64,000 bases of DNA, taken from assembly GCA_905178155.1 (NCBI GenBank), contig CAJINV010000003.1:3210260-3274259 (forward strand), in the 5' to 3' direction. The notes beneath the pieces were generated by a model, which did no database searches, was not told the DNA's origin, and saw only the letters and a program-made list of their open reading frames with translations. Of the stretch, positions 26,937-37,543 are shown in pieces. The stretch is from Amoebophrya sp. A120. Lineage: Eukaryota > Protista > Dinoflagellata. Made by a program: the position numbers and the translations under genes. The number at the start of each line of letters is the position of its first letter. Positions within the stretch are counted from its first letter, which is position 1.

Positions 26937-28253
26937 ATGTTGTTTTTCGTGGCTGTTCTTGTCCAGCCTTTCGTGGTTGTGTGGGCAATCGAGGGGCGAT
27001 TCATGGGAAGGCACTCCGATTCGTTGCCGTTGTCGCAGCAAAGTGTGGAAGCAGAAGATGAACTGGAGCAAGTCGGCGCTGTGGCATCTTCGGGTGACCT
27101 TGGTAATCATGCGCCCTGTTCCCTCTCGCTGACGGACAACTTCTCTGATGAAGAGGCGAGCAACGCGAGCGGAGAAGGAGATGGAGGTACAACTGACCCC
27201 TCCCTGCCGCTAGATTTTTTGCCCTTTCATCAGGAGGGAGCAGTAGCAGAGCAGGAGCAAGATAATTCCGGTGCAAGAAGAGCCTCCTCTGCAGAGGCAG
27301 ACGAGCGGTCTGGAACGAGATTCGCACCGGTAGAAGTGGTCCAAGATGAGCGGGACGAACAGAGCAGCGACGTGGTGCTGCCTCTTCTGCAGCCGAGAGA
27401 CCACGGATTCCCCCCTGAGGAGGATCATGACGAAGGGTTGTTGCCGACAGCTAGAACCGCCAGTGCCGCAGAAGTCGCCACTCTTCCCCTATCGGAACCA
27501 TTCACGACAACTTCCACGTCCCCCGAGCACCACCACCAGGCGCCTGCTGAGCACGGCGCTCGAGCAGCTGTTGGAGGTGGCCAGCAGGAGGCACCGCGAG
27601 GGACACAGACGATTTCGTCAAGAGTGGCTGCATTCGCACGTGGCGTGGCAGAGAATGATCATGTTGTTAGCCCCCGCCCTGAAGGACCTCCTGGGTCCGC
27701 GATGGTGCTGCCTTTTGTGGTGACTCCGCAAACCTCCTCGGACTCGAGTTTTGAAGCCCAGCCTCCGCATGCAGACCCGACGACGCTGCAGGTAGTTGAC
27801 GACGATAACGGTGTGCAGATTTGCGAGATTAGGCAAGTCAGCAGCGAGTTGACTGTGGCTGACGTGTATACACTTCTCGTCACAGAAATTGAGCTTCTGA
27901 ACGACCCGCTTGTGAATCTGGCGCTTTATTCGGAGGATGTGCACGAGTCGATTGTTCCGGAGCAAGACGTCGCGGAGCAACCGCAACAGGGCAACAACAC
28001 TTCACAACCTTCACGCCGTCGTTTGTCTGATCCGGAAGAGCGCGTTCTGGGAACCGTGCGTCGGCTGCGGGTCCGCCTGACGAATGTCGATGCCGATGAC
28101 TTTGTCAATCATGTGCGCAATTTCGCTGTCATTCTACCCGCGGACGAAGCTCCACTTTTGCGTGATTGCGTCACGCTTCCCAGCAGACGATTCGAAGGAG
28201 AGGGAGGGAATCGGAGCGGAACGCTCTATCAGGTACTGGTGTTGTTGTGTTGA
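26937..28253 (+). CDS. Hypothetical acidic protein with probable signal peptide
   Basis: 438-aa ORF with hydrophobic N-terminus MLFFVAVLVQPFVVVWA and no recognisable domain. Confidence 0.6.
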   Translation: MLFFVAVLVQPFVVVWAIEGRFMGRHSDSLPLSQQSVEAEDELEQVGAVASSGDLGNHAPCSLSLTDNFSDEEASNASGEGDGGTTDPSLPLDFLPFHQEGAVAEQEQDNSGARRASSAEADERSGTRFAPVEVVQDERDEQSSDVVLPLLQPRDHGFPPEEDHDEGLLPTARTASAAEVATLPLSEPFTTTSTSPEHHHQAPAEHGARAAVGGGQQEAPRGTQTISSRVAAFARGVAENDHVVSPRPEGPPGSAMVLPFVVTPQTSSDSSFEAQPPHADPTTLQVVDDDNGVQICEIRQVSSELTVADVYTLLVTEIELLNDPLVNLALYSEDVHESIVPEQDVAEQPQQGNNTSQPSRRRLSDPEERVLGTVRRLRVRLTNVDADDFVNHVRNFAVILPADEAPLLRDCVTLPSRRFEGEGGNRSGTLYQVLVLLC

Positions 28254-29093
28254 GATTAAATCGATTTTGTAGTGCATTTAAGGTGTTGCTTTGGTTGATC
28301 TGGATGAAGACATACAAGGGGATAATATCACTCACAGCTCGACACAGTGGCGCAGGTCGAAGAGTACCTCCGAAGACAGTGGATGTCCGCTTCGGAGTCA
28401 CAGCAGCGAGCGTTTATTCAAGCCACAGAGCTATACTCTGAATACAGTGCGAATCTGATTGCTTGGCAGGGAGGGACCTGAGGCCGCAGGCGATCTGTAT
28501 GCGAAAAGACGAAGTATGTGAACAGCAACAACGCGAATTGAAAACTAACAAGTGGTGCGGTACCATAGTAAGCGTTTTCTATCCTTGTCCACTACAACAC
28601 ACGATTGCGCGAATGCTTATGCTCCGCGTTAGCGAACGCGAATAAAGATGTCCCACCTCGCTTTGACACGAAAAATCCAACTTGCCGTTTCTGGTGTACT
28701 ACTTTAGCAGTTTTTGGTTTGGCTTTGAATATTACGAGAAGTGAGAATAGCAAAGAAGGCTGGCGAGGACGACCCCGCCTGGATTTTTCTTCCTCTTGCA
28801 GAGTGCTTGGTGTTCTACGTGCAGCCATGGCGAATTACCTCGGTGTAACGAGGTCTTTCTGGTCATGATTTAGATCGCATTTCTACCCTACCACTACCTG
28901 TGCCTCTGCCTACAACAGAACAGGTAATCTGGGATCCGATTCGTGCAGGACCTCACCTCTGTAGTCTCCCCGCAAAGAAGTATTCCCTAGACTGTTCACT
29001 GTGTTTCGAATGATTTCAATCCCCTGGCGTCACGGAAGTGTAAAATAGTTCACGTTGTCTGGCTTGCTACGGAGTCAAAGCGAAAGCATTAAA

Positions 29094-31730
29094 ATGTTGC
29101 ATAGGCAAGGAGCTGCTAGTGTTGCGACCACCGCTAAGCGCGTTTTCAAATTTCGGGTACGTTCTTTCGCGGACCAACGTGCTGCAGTGGGGGTATGCTG
29201 CGTTCTTGAAGGACGAAGAGCATCCGCATCTCGACAGTATTCGACCAGCCAGGCAACACCGCGGAAGGCGCTTGAGAAAAACAGAAAGAATATTGCATTT
29301 TCAGGCAAAGGCGATGTCCCGAACACACGACAAGCTATAACACCTGACCTCGTCCTGCATGCGCAGAAAGCTCTACGACGAGACGGGGTCGGTGTTTTTG
29401 ACGCGAGCTTCAACGTCGAGCAAATACAGCCCGGGTTCGTCGACAGCGCCAGGAGGCTCGTGGATGCAAAGTTTGCGGAGGCGCTAAGTCTTGCGCTGAG
29501 TTACCATGGTCAGAAGAAGGGTGGCCACGGAGCGGAGTTTGATGAAATTCCGGTTGGTCAGGAGCATGGTTTTCGGGAGATCGTGCACCGCGCGCGGGGC
29601 CGGTACGACATGCTGTACGGGGTGTGGCAGGAACCAAGCCTGGTGGAGGACAGCAAACTGTACAACACACTCCTAAAACCCGCCGCGCAGGCCATACTTG
29701 GCGACGACTGCCGACTGGAATTCAATGGTGCACTCGTCACGAAAGCAGGGGCCGCAGAGCAGCTCTGGCACGCAGACGGGGAGCATCTGTTCCACGACAG
29801 CCGAGGAATGGCGTCGAATACCAGTCGTGACGGCGCGCAGGAGGAGCGCGGCCACGTGGATTCTGAGGTTCTCCCGGCTCATTGCGTGAACTTTTTCGTC
29901 CCTCTCGTGGACATCGTGGAGGCGAATGCAGGGGGGACGGAGTTTTGCATCGGAAGCCACCTGTACACCCAGCACTTGGGGGCAGACGTGGTGTGGCAGC
30001 GCGAGGACTGGAAGCAACGTCTCGCTGCCCGCGGTTGGGACAACGAAACGCGGTTGCTGCGCGTGCAAAAGGGGCAACTGCTCTGCTTCGATTACCGCAT
30101 TCTGCACCGCGCGCTCGCGCATAACGTTTCCACGCAGCGACCGGTGTTGTACTGGACCTTCGTGCGCCCGTGGTTCACGGATGCTCTCAACTTTGGCGGC
30201 CTCCCAAGCCTGACGGATCAGGCGGCAGTTTCAGGAACAAGGGCTACGGTTTCGGCAGAAGATGAAGTGCAACTAGATTCTGCGCTCAGAACAACGACTT
30301 CGAGCCAAAGCACGAGAATCACCCCGGACACACCTCTTGCTGCACGCACGCCCGAATGGGTTCTGCAACTGCGAGCCACCCAATACTCTGAAAATCTTGT
30401 AAAAAACGCAGGCGTGGCCACCTACGCGGATGGGGCCGCCGGATCGCAAACGCCCGTTTGTGTGGCGGACGCGATGAGAAATCATCTGCTGAAGTGTGGA
30501 AGCACGAACCTCGGTGGAGCCTACGCCACTTCCGAGGCCGCCTTGCAGCTGATTACGGGTGCGCGACACGCGGCGAGTGCGTTTCTCGGCTGTCAAGACG
30601 GCTCCAAGATTGCCTTCGGCGCGAATTGCACCAACCTCATGTTCCACCTGTCCCGCACAGTAGAAGACTGGGTGCGGAGAGCAAGCAACGGATCTGGGAA
30701 CAGGGGGAACATCGTTGTGTCGCGGGCGTGCCACGACGCAAATGTGGCGCCCTGGCTCCTGTTGGCGGACAGGTGCGATCTCGAAGTTCGCTGGATCGAT
30801 TTAGTGGAGGGTGATCAGCTTGACTTTGAAAATATCGAGACAAAAATTGACGCGGACACTGTCGTAGCCGCCGTCGGACTGGCCTCCAACGCATCGGGGC
30901 GGGTCTTTTGGCCAGCCATTCGGGACCAGGTTGCACCACGGGTCGAAAGTCTTCGAAGGGACCGAACGAGATCCGGCAGCGCCGGCTCGTGCTTCCCGGT
31001 GTTGATTTGCGACGGGACCCATTATCTGCCACACTTTCGGTTCAACCTGGAGTCGTCGGGCGCGGATGCGGTCGTGTGTTCCTCTTACAAGTTTTGTGGG
31101 CCGCATTTAGGCGTTGCGGGGTTCTCGAGTCGATCGCCATTTGTTAGTGCGGAACTCACAGAAGGCTGCATCGCCAAAGTCGGCCGACGGGCTGACCAAA
31201 GTGACCTGCTGGCTGCTCCGCCGCAGCCGACTCGAGAGTCATACGAGATCTCGTCGTGGGAAATGGGAACGCTGAATTACGAGGCGCTTGCGGGTCTGGA
31301 AGCGTGCATAGTGGACTACTTCGGGCCGCTCTCTGGTGGAGGGAAAGTTGACGTGTCGGACCTAGGGAGTTCGCTTGACCAGGCGTTTTCAAAGATAGAA
31401 GCGCACGAGATGAATTTGTCGCAGCATTTCCTGCAAGGCCTTTTAAAGTTGCAGCATGCGATTCGTTTTTATGGGCCGGAGAAAGCAGCTGGGCGGACGC
31501 CGACCTTTGCGCTGGTGCCAGTGGGTGACTTTTTGGGAAAAGATTTGGTTTCGTTTCTCAATGAAAAAGGAATATTTTGCACAGCCGGAAATCACTACGC
31601 GCCGGAGTTAACATCTCGCGTACATGGTGAGTCTGGATGGACTCGCGTCAGTTTCTTGCACTACAACACAATGGAAGACGTTGAGAATGTTCTAGACAAT
31701 CTACAGAAGTTCGCAGATAATTCGAAGTAG
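29094..31730 (+). CDS. Fusion of a PhyH-family Fe(II)/2OG dioxygenase and a cysteine-desulfurase-like (aminotransferase class V) PLP enzyme
   Basis: Dioxygenase half: QLWHADG (HxD), VNFFVPLVD, GGTEFCIGSH, FDYRILHRA. PLP half: YADGAAGSQTP, NLGGAY, HDANVAPW, CSSYKFCGPHLG (PLP lysine), EMGTLN, RTPTF, RVSFLHYNT. First ATG is at 29094. Confidence 0.88.
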   Translation: MLHRQGAASVATTAKRVFKFRVRSFADQRAAVGVCCVLEGRRASASRQYSTSQATPRKALEKNRKNIAFSGKGDVPNTRQAITPDLVLHAQKALRRDGVGVFDASFNVEQIQPGFVDSARRLVDAKFAEALSLALSYHGQKKGGHGAEFDEIPVGQEHGFREIVHRARGRYDMLYGVWQEPSLVEDSKLYNTLLKPAAQAILGDDCRLEFNGALVTKAGAAEQLWHADGEHLFHDSRGMASNTSRDGAQEERGHVDSEVLPAHCVNFFVPLVDIVEANAGGTEFCIGSHLYTQHLGADVVWQREDWKQRLAARGWDNETRLLRVQKGQLLCFDYRILHRALAHNVSTQRPVLYWTFVRPWFTDALNFGGLPSLTDQAAVSGTRATVSAEDEVQLDSALRTTTSSQSTRITPDTPLAARTPEWVLQLRATQYSENLVKNAGVATYADGAAGSQTPVCVADAMRNHLLKCGSTNLGGAYATSEAALQLITGARHAASAFLGCQDGSKIAFGANCTNLMFHLSRTVEDWVRRASNGSGNRGNIVVSRACHDANVAPWLLLADRCDLEVRWIDLVEGDQLDFENIETKIDADTVVAAVGLASNASGRVFWPAIRDQVAPRVESLRRDRTRSGSAGSCFPVLICDGTHYLPHFRFNLESSGADAVVCSSYKFCGPHLGVAGFSSRSPFVSAELTEGCIAKVGRRADQSDLLAAPPQPTRESYEISSWEMGTLNYEALAGLEACIVDYFGPLSGGGKVDVSDLGSSLDQAFSKIEAHEMNLSQHFLQGLLKLQHAIRFYGPEKAAGRTPTFALVPVGDFLGKDLVSFLNEKGIFCTAGNHYAPELTSRVHGESGWTRVSFLHYNTMEDVENVLDNLQKFADNSK

Positions 31731-31819
31731 AATCAGTGTAGAAAGTGAAAAAAAGTATAAGCAGTTCACAGCGATCAACCCAAACCACGACAGCCGCCTT
31801 GGCAAAAAGACTAAAGCCT

Positions 31820-33570
31820 GGGTGTTCACGTGCAGCGAGCAGCGCGGTTGGCGATCTATTTTGCTTCTAAACTCAAAGAATTTTTGGCCTCTCTGTGTCG
31901 GTCTCGGCCGCCTGTTTAGGAGCAGCCGCATCAAGTTCGCTGATCAAGTGGCCACTCATGGCCAGGGTCCGCGCGGCCCCGCTGCGGCAGCGCAGGGAAG
32001 CGCGGGCGCTCAAGTTCATGGCCGCCGAGATGCACTGCGCCGAAGTGGTCGGCACGTGGAGCGCACGCACGGAGCGCGAAGGGCCGACGGCCCAGCTGGC
32101 CACTGCTGGACCCGACCGGGGCGGGGGGCCCTCGGGCGGGGGCCGGGCCGGGGGATCGCCGATTGATAGGCGGGGATCCGGACGCCGTCGCGCGGGGTTC
32201 TATCTGTTATCACAGTGCGGCATTACTGGAAGACACAAGCTGGCCCCGTCATGTACGCTATCAAGGGCGAGCAGTCTTTCGGATATGGGCCCGGCAACCC
32301 AACACCAACGCGCATGCGGGGCGGATCATAGACCTGGACGCGAAGAAGGAGATCTCGCGCCGCGCCCCTTTAGCCCGAGAGTGCTCTACCGAACCCGGAA
32401 GGAATCCGGGGGGCGCACGCCGGGGATTTCTGCCACCGGAAGCACACAGCCACGGAGCCCAGCCCGCGATAAAGTTCGCGGCGTGCCCGATCCGTCTGCG
32501 CCTGCCGGGGGCCTAGGAGCGGCGGCCTGCGGCCCCGCCCGGCATTAGCGGGGCGCCGCAGGGTTTGCCCGCGCACGTTGTGCAGCGGGCAGCAGCTACG
32601 CAGCGCGCGCGCCCCTCGCCTGGCACTGGTGGCGCGCTGTTGCGGCGCCCGATGGACATTGCAGCCGGCGGCCGCCGGGAAGGCGCGGCCGGGCGGTTGA
32701 ATCGCCCCGGCGCGGCGGCACCTTCGGAGAGAGAGACAGCGCAGTTGCCTGCCCGGCCGCGGGCGTTGTGATTCTGGTTGCCGCGTTCCCTTCGGGTCCG
32801 CCAGTGTCTGTGGGGGCCGTGGCAGTGAGTGCCCCACCTGGAGGCGCGCGCCTGCTGGGCTGGCTTGGCTCGCATCATGAGCCGCCCGCGGATTTTAAGG
32901 GCGCGGACGTTACGACCCCGGAGAAAGAGGCGGATCCTGTGACGCGAGCGAAATTTATGGCAGAGACCCGAGGCGCGGGAAGCAAGGACGCCTCTAGCCC
33001 CAGCATGGTCATCGCTGCCGGGCACGAGGACAACGGTAGCCCCCACGGCGACAAGTTTAAAACGCTCGGCGGGTGCGTGCTGGTTCGCGACGCGGTCAAC
33101 GGGTTGAAGAAGATTGCGAAGCCCCCGGCGGGCCTGTTCCGCGCGAAGGGCCCCAGGCAGACAGGCCCGGCCGCAGGCGGGCAGGCCGCCCGGGCCGGGG
33201 CGAGCCAATGCAGAAACGGGGCGCGGTCGTCTGTAGTGCGCAGAACCGCGGGAGCCCGCCCGGCCGCCGCGCCCCTTTCTGGTGGCTGCCGGCGCCGCGC
33301 CCGGGCCGGCCCGCAGAGAGGCCAGGCGCGCGCCCGTTTTGCCGCCGGGGCGGCAGTTGCAAATCCAGGCTTGCGGAGGGCCGTGGCGCGTTGGTTTTGT
33401 GTTGCCGCCGGACCTCCGTAATGGATGTATGTCCGGCCGGCCGGCATGTCTGTCGTCGTTCGGGCGCCAGCAAAAAAGGCCCGGGGTGGAGCTGGTGCGC
33501 GCCCCTGTGCAGTGTCCCCTACCCGGGTGTTGCCCAGCCAGGATTGGCCTTCGGCTCGCTATTCCGTGGC
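31820..33570 (+). pseudogene. GC-rich decayed coding relic (pseudogene or transposon remnant)
   Basis: Sharp rise in G+C relative to the flanks. Short protein-like pieces occur in shifting frames (VITVRHYWKTQAGPVMYAIKGEQSFGYG; IIDLDAKKEIS; DKFKTLGGCVLVRDAVNGLKKIAK) with no long intact ORF. Confidence 0.4.
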
Positions 33571-33949
33571 ATTAGCCCCTCCACATAATGGCTCCCGGTT
33601 GTTGTTTGTTTCCGCAGTTGTTCCTACAAAACATAGTGCGCAAGTGCGACACTAAACACATTAGATTTACAGAAGCGCAGCGTGTTTTGTTTTTGCGTAT
33701 CGCTCCCTTGATCATGATGGACCCACCGCAGTAGCAACTGTTTCTGGTGCAATCGCGCGACCAGCATAGACGACTCATCGATAAGAGACAAACTTCTAAA
33801 AATACAAAAGAAAAAGAGGAACAAGTCTCCGCAGGCATCGCCCACGATCATTCTGGTTGCTTTTAGCCGACAGTGTGATGGAGACTACTTTTCTACTTGC
33901 GGTTTTTGATCATACATGACACCAGTAGACAACTTACTATCGCAAGAGC

Positions 33950-36900
33950 ATGTCCACCGCCCCGAACAACTCAGATGATTTCTCCCCGAAGTTAAAACGC
34001 AGAAAAATTGACGCCTTCGAGTCGACAGGCGCGTTGCTGGGACGATTCAGAACCGAGCACAGCAGTCGTTTTCTCGGACCCCTTTCGGGCTCCACTCAGG
34101 TCCGCTTACACGTGCGGGAGCAGGACGTTGCCGCGACAGAGAGCAGTAGAAACATGGTGGTTCCGCAGGCAACCGACTCGATGCCGTCAGAGAAGATGCG
34201 GCCTGACGATGAGACGGAAAAGAGCAAGTTATACTTCGCCGCGTATGCGCAGCACAAATCACAGATCAACATGCTGACCGACTGGGGAAGAACGGAGTGC
34301 TACCGGCGCGCACTGCAGGACGGGCGGGCCGCTCAATCCTGTGTGAAATCCAAGACTGTGATGGATGTCGGTGCGGGAACGGGAATCCTGAGTTTCCTGG
34401 CGTTGCAGTCGGCGGGTCGTGATGAAAAAGGGCAGACGAGCGGCGCAGCAAAGGTAATTGCCGTGGAGGCTTCCAATATGGCTCGGACTCTTCGGCAAAT
34501 TGCAGCCTCGAATGGTTTTGTGCAGGACGACAAGCTCGTGGTTCTCCAAGAGTTGCTCGAGAATGTAAAAGACGCAGATCTTGGCGCGGCTAAAATTGAA
34601 GCAGATGCAGAAAAAGACAGCAGTGATGACTACTTGGAGATGGACAAATTTGACCCTGCCGCGAGAATCGAGCAGTGTCTTTGTGTGTTAGAGCATGCGG
34701 CTTTTGGGTCTGGGAGCACCACGAAGACGCCGGGAAAGCACACGACAGATGACCAAGCGACCAAACGCGTAGCGAGCGACCGCGTGGAAGTGTTCTTAGA
34801 GGAAAGACGGAACAAATCAAGAACTGGCAGGAAAGGGGTTACCAGCAAAGAACCGCACGTATCCACCACCGACTCTACTGGGTTCCTTGACCTCATCCAC
34901 GCCAAGGCATTTCGCGGCGACGATGCTTTTGATTTTGCAACCGTGGCAGTGCGACAATACCAGAGTACCGTTTTGGAGGTAATGGAGTTCCGGAAACGTG
35001 AGCGACGCGAAGAGGCTCTGCACAGGCGCGAGAACAACAAAAACAATTCGGTTGGACTCACGGAAGATAATGCTGCTCCGGAGGACGACTCCACCCCACG
35101 AAAGCGCGTAGTGAAAGAGCGTGCAGCGCTGGAGGAATCGCTACCCGAACTCCGCGAAGATGCGGCTTCTGCCATTCGGGACTGGGACGAACAGTGCTTG
35201 CAGACGATGCTACGGGAGTATTGCGAGGACGTTGCGGATATCTTGCTCGGCTCAACAAACGCCGACGACCCTGGGGCAACGTCTGGCGCGGACGGACAGA
35301 CGCCAGCTCGACCGAAGCAAGACGCGCTGGTCCAGGCTGTCGCCCATTTGCTACAGAAACTGAACACGCTGGATCGCGACGGAAAATTTGTCACTGACAG
35401 TGCAAAGCGAATCTGGAAGCGGGTGGAACTGGCGTTTGATGAAGACCTGCACGATGCTGCCATTGCCAAAGCTGCAACTGGGAATTCGGATAGTTTCGCT
35501 GACGATCAATTGGGGGCAGCTTCGCAGGTCAACAAGAAGGAGCTCGAAGAAATTGTCTTGCTGCAGAAAAAGCTCGACGACAAGACGACTAGTAATGCGG
35601 ATTCTAAAAAGACAGCGAAGCAGTTGAACGAAAAGGTGGACAAACTGTTGGCTGCAGGGCCCATGGAGGAACTTCGACAAGAGTGGCTGGAGGAACAAGA
35701 TCGTCTCGCGGAACAAGACGTACAGGGCTCGACTATGGTGCACACAACAGTGGCCACCGGCTGGTCTGACGCCAACCGGCGGCGCGAGCTCACGGCCTTG
35801 CTGGCTATCCGGGATGCGTATGAGAGGAAAAAGAAAAGTGCCAGTCGCTCCGGCACCAGCACCGGGCTGCTTTATTGGCACCTGTTTGACTGTCTGCAGA
35901 ACATTCCGGGGAAGGTCCACAGCATTGTTTCCGAGTGCATTGGCACTTGTTTGGTGAACGAACGAATGTTCGAATCCTTTCTGCACGCCCGTGACCGGTT
36001 TCTGTTGCCATTCCAAGAGTTCCGCCACGTCCTCGAGGCTGAAACGCGGGACGGAGCGCCGGATGCTGCGGAAAAGAATGCGAACCCCGGCGGGCTGTTC
36101 CCCAACACCTCTCGCATCTGCGTGGCGCCGGTTTGCGACGAAGAGCTGTGGGACGAAGTTTGCGCGGAAGCCGGCTGGTGGACTGAAATTTGTTCACACC
36201 CCCCGGCGCCCACACGACATCACGGAAAAAAGCAAAGGAGCAGCTCAGTTGCCAATGGCGCAGCTGCTGGCGCAACGGGAACCGAGAATGGAGCTGGGGT
36301 AGCGAAAACGTTGAACAGCCTCACTTTCCCCTACGGGCTGGATCTCTCCTGCGTGACAGACCTGCATCTGGAAGAGAGTTTGAATACACCGGTATGCGAC
36401 ATTTTCGAGGCTAAGTCCGTTCTTCTGGCCGAGGAGACGGCTCCGGTACCAGAGGACAACCAATTCGAGAGGAGAAGCCAAGACCTGAAAGAAAATGAAG
36501 TCCAGAACGTTCCCTTCCACACGCGCTCGCTGGCGCCAATGGAGGATTTGAACATTTCACAAAAGTGGTTCGACTGGCACTCCGCCTCGAAATTCGACTT
36601 GGAAAAAATCAAAATTCCGTTTCAATTTGTCGCTCCGGCAAGCGCATTTGGATCATCGGTGATAGGAGATGGCGTATCGGAGAAGAAAGCAATTCAGCCG
36701 TCTCCTAGCGGCATGCCGCCATCAAATAACCAGGAGGGAAATAATCGACGTGAAGAACCTGATCTCGATGAATATCTCTTTGATGAAGACAATTTTGAGG
36801 TAATTTATCCGGAGCTGCATACAGGTGGTGCCGCACAAGATTCGAAAGGTGCAGTCGCGGCGATGAAAAGTGGTGGAGCAAAGCAGGTGATCGGCCCAAT

Positions 36901-37543
36901 CGAGGAGGATGACAGCTTCGACCAGGAAATGTTCGACCAAGACATGGAGGCGTTCGCTTTGGAGATGGCCGGAGGGAGTGGGCCACCAGCAGGACTTGTT
37001 CTGTCGGAACCTCCGCATGGCGTTGTGCAGCACCCGGCGCACGCGGCCGCCGGCAGCGTCATCTCGGAAAGCAAACACATGCGTCGCTCGAGCGCGTTGT
37101 CGCAGGAAGATACCAAATCCCTGTCGGATGAACAAGAACAATCCGGCCCGGGTGTGATGATTCACGGCCTGTTTCTCTGGTTCGACTGCCAATTCGGGAC
37201 GCAGTTCGAGCTGTCGAGCAGCCCGTGGAACCCGCCGACGCATTGGCGGCAGGTTTTTTTCCCGTTCAAGGAAGTGATCCGGTTGGAGGCGGTAGACGAA
37301 ATTTGTCGCGGTACGGTCGTCATGCAGGTCACAAAAGGATTGAGTTATCAGGTCGAGATCAAGCTGGAGAAGACCGAACCCAGCCGCAACACGGCGAAGT
37401 ACTTCAACTTCGGGCCCTTCGACATTGCGAACCCCGACTACAATTTGTGCGACCGGTTGCGCATGCGGAAAGCTCACCATCTTGTGGCGCAACAAGAACC
37501 GGAAAGTACAGCAGGAGGGAAAAATACAGCGGCTCTATCGTGA
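33950..37543 (+). CDS. Type I protein arginine methyltransferase, CARM1/PRMT4-like, with very large insertions
   Basis: YFAAY..NMLTD..RT, VMDVGAGTGILS, VIAVEASNMA, double-E loop IVSECIGTCLVNERMFES, HGLFLWFD and THW loop (PPTHWRQ). Confidence 0.88.
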   Translation: MSTAPNNSDDFSPKLKRRKIDAFESTGALLGRFRTEHSSRFLGPLSGSTQVRLHVREQDVAATESSRNMVVPQATDSMPSEKMRPDDETEKSKLYFAAYAQHKSQINMLTDWGRTECYRRALQDGRAAQSCVKSKTVMDVGAGTGILSFLALQSAGRDEKGQTSGAAKVIAVEASNMARTLRQIAASNGFVQDDKLVVLQELLENVKDADLGAAKIEADAEKDSSDDYLEMDKFDPAARIEQCLCVLEHAAFGSGSTTKTPGKHTTDDQATKRVASDRVEVFLEERRNKSRTGRKGVTSKEPHVSTTDSTGFLDLIHAKAFRGDDAFDFATVAVRQYQSTVLEVMEFRKRERREEALHRRENNKNNSVGLTEDNAAPEDDSTPRKRVVKERAALEESLPELREDAASAIRDWDEQCLQTMLREYCEDVADILLGSTNADDPGATSGADGQTPARPKQDALVQAVAHLLQKLNTLDRDGKFVTDSAKRIWKRVELAFDEDLHDAAIAKAATGNSDSFADDQLGAASQVNKKELEEIVLLQKKLDDKTTSNADSKKTAKQLNEKVDKLLAAGPMEELRQEWLEEQDRLAEQDVQGSTMVHTTVATGWSDANRRRELTALLAIRDAYERKKKSASRSGTSTGLLYWHLFDCLQNIPGKVHSIVSECIGTCLVNERMFESFLHARDRFLLPFQEFRHVLEAETRDGAPDAAEKNANPGGLFPNTSRICVAPVCDEELWDEVCAEAGWWTEICSHPPAPTRHHGKKQRSSSVANGAAAGATGTENGAGVAKTLNSLTFPYGLDLSCVTDLHLEESLNTPVCDIFEAKSVLLAEETAPVPEDNQFERRSQDLKENEVQNVPFHTRSLAPMEDLNISQKWFDWHSASKFDLEKIKIPFQFVAPASAFGSSVIGDGVSEKKAIQPSPSGMPPSNNQEGNNRREEPDLDEYLFDEDNFEVIYPELHTGGAAQDSKGAVAAMKSGGAKQVIGPIEEDDSFDQEMFDQDMEAFALEMAGGSGPPAGLVLSEPPHGVVQHPAHAAAGSVISESKHMRRSSALSQEDTKSLSDEQEQSGPGVMIHGLFLWFDCQFGTQFELSSSPWNPPTHWRQVFFPFKEVIRLEAVDEICRGTVVMQVTKGLSYQVEIKLEKTEPSRNTAKYFNFGPFDIANPDYNLCDRLRMRKAHHLVAQQEPESTAGGKNTAALS

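Noticed and set aside
34580-35900. PRMT insertion as an intein
   Set aside because: No C/S start with HN-C/S/T end and no LAGLIDADG or HINT motifs were seen.
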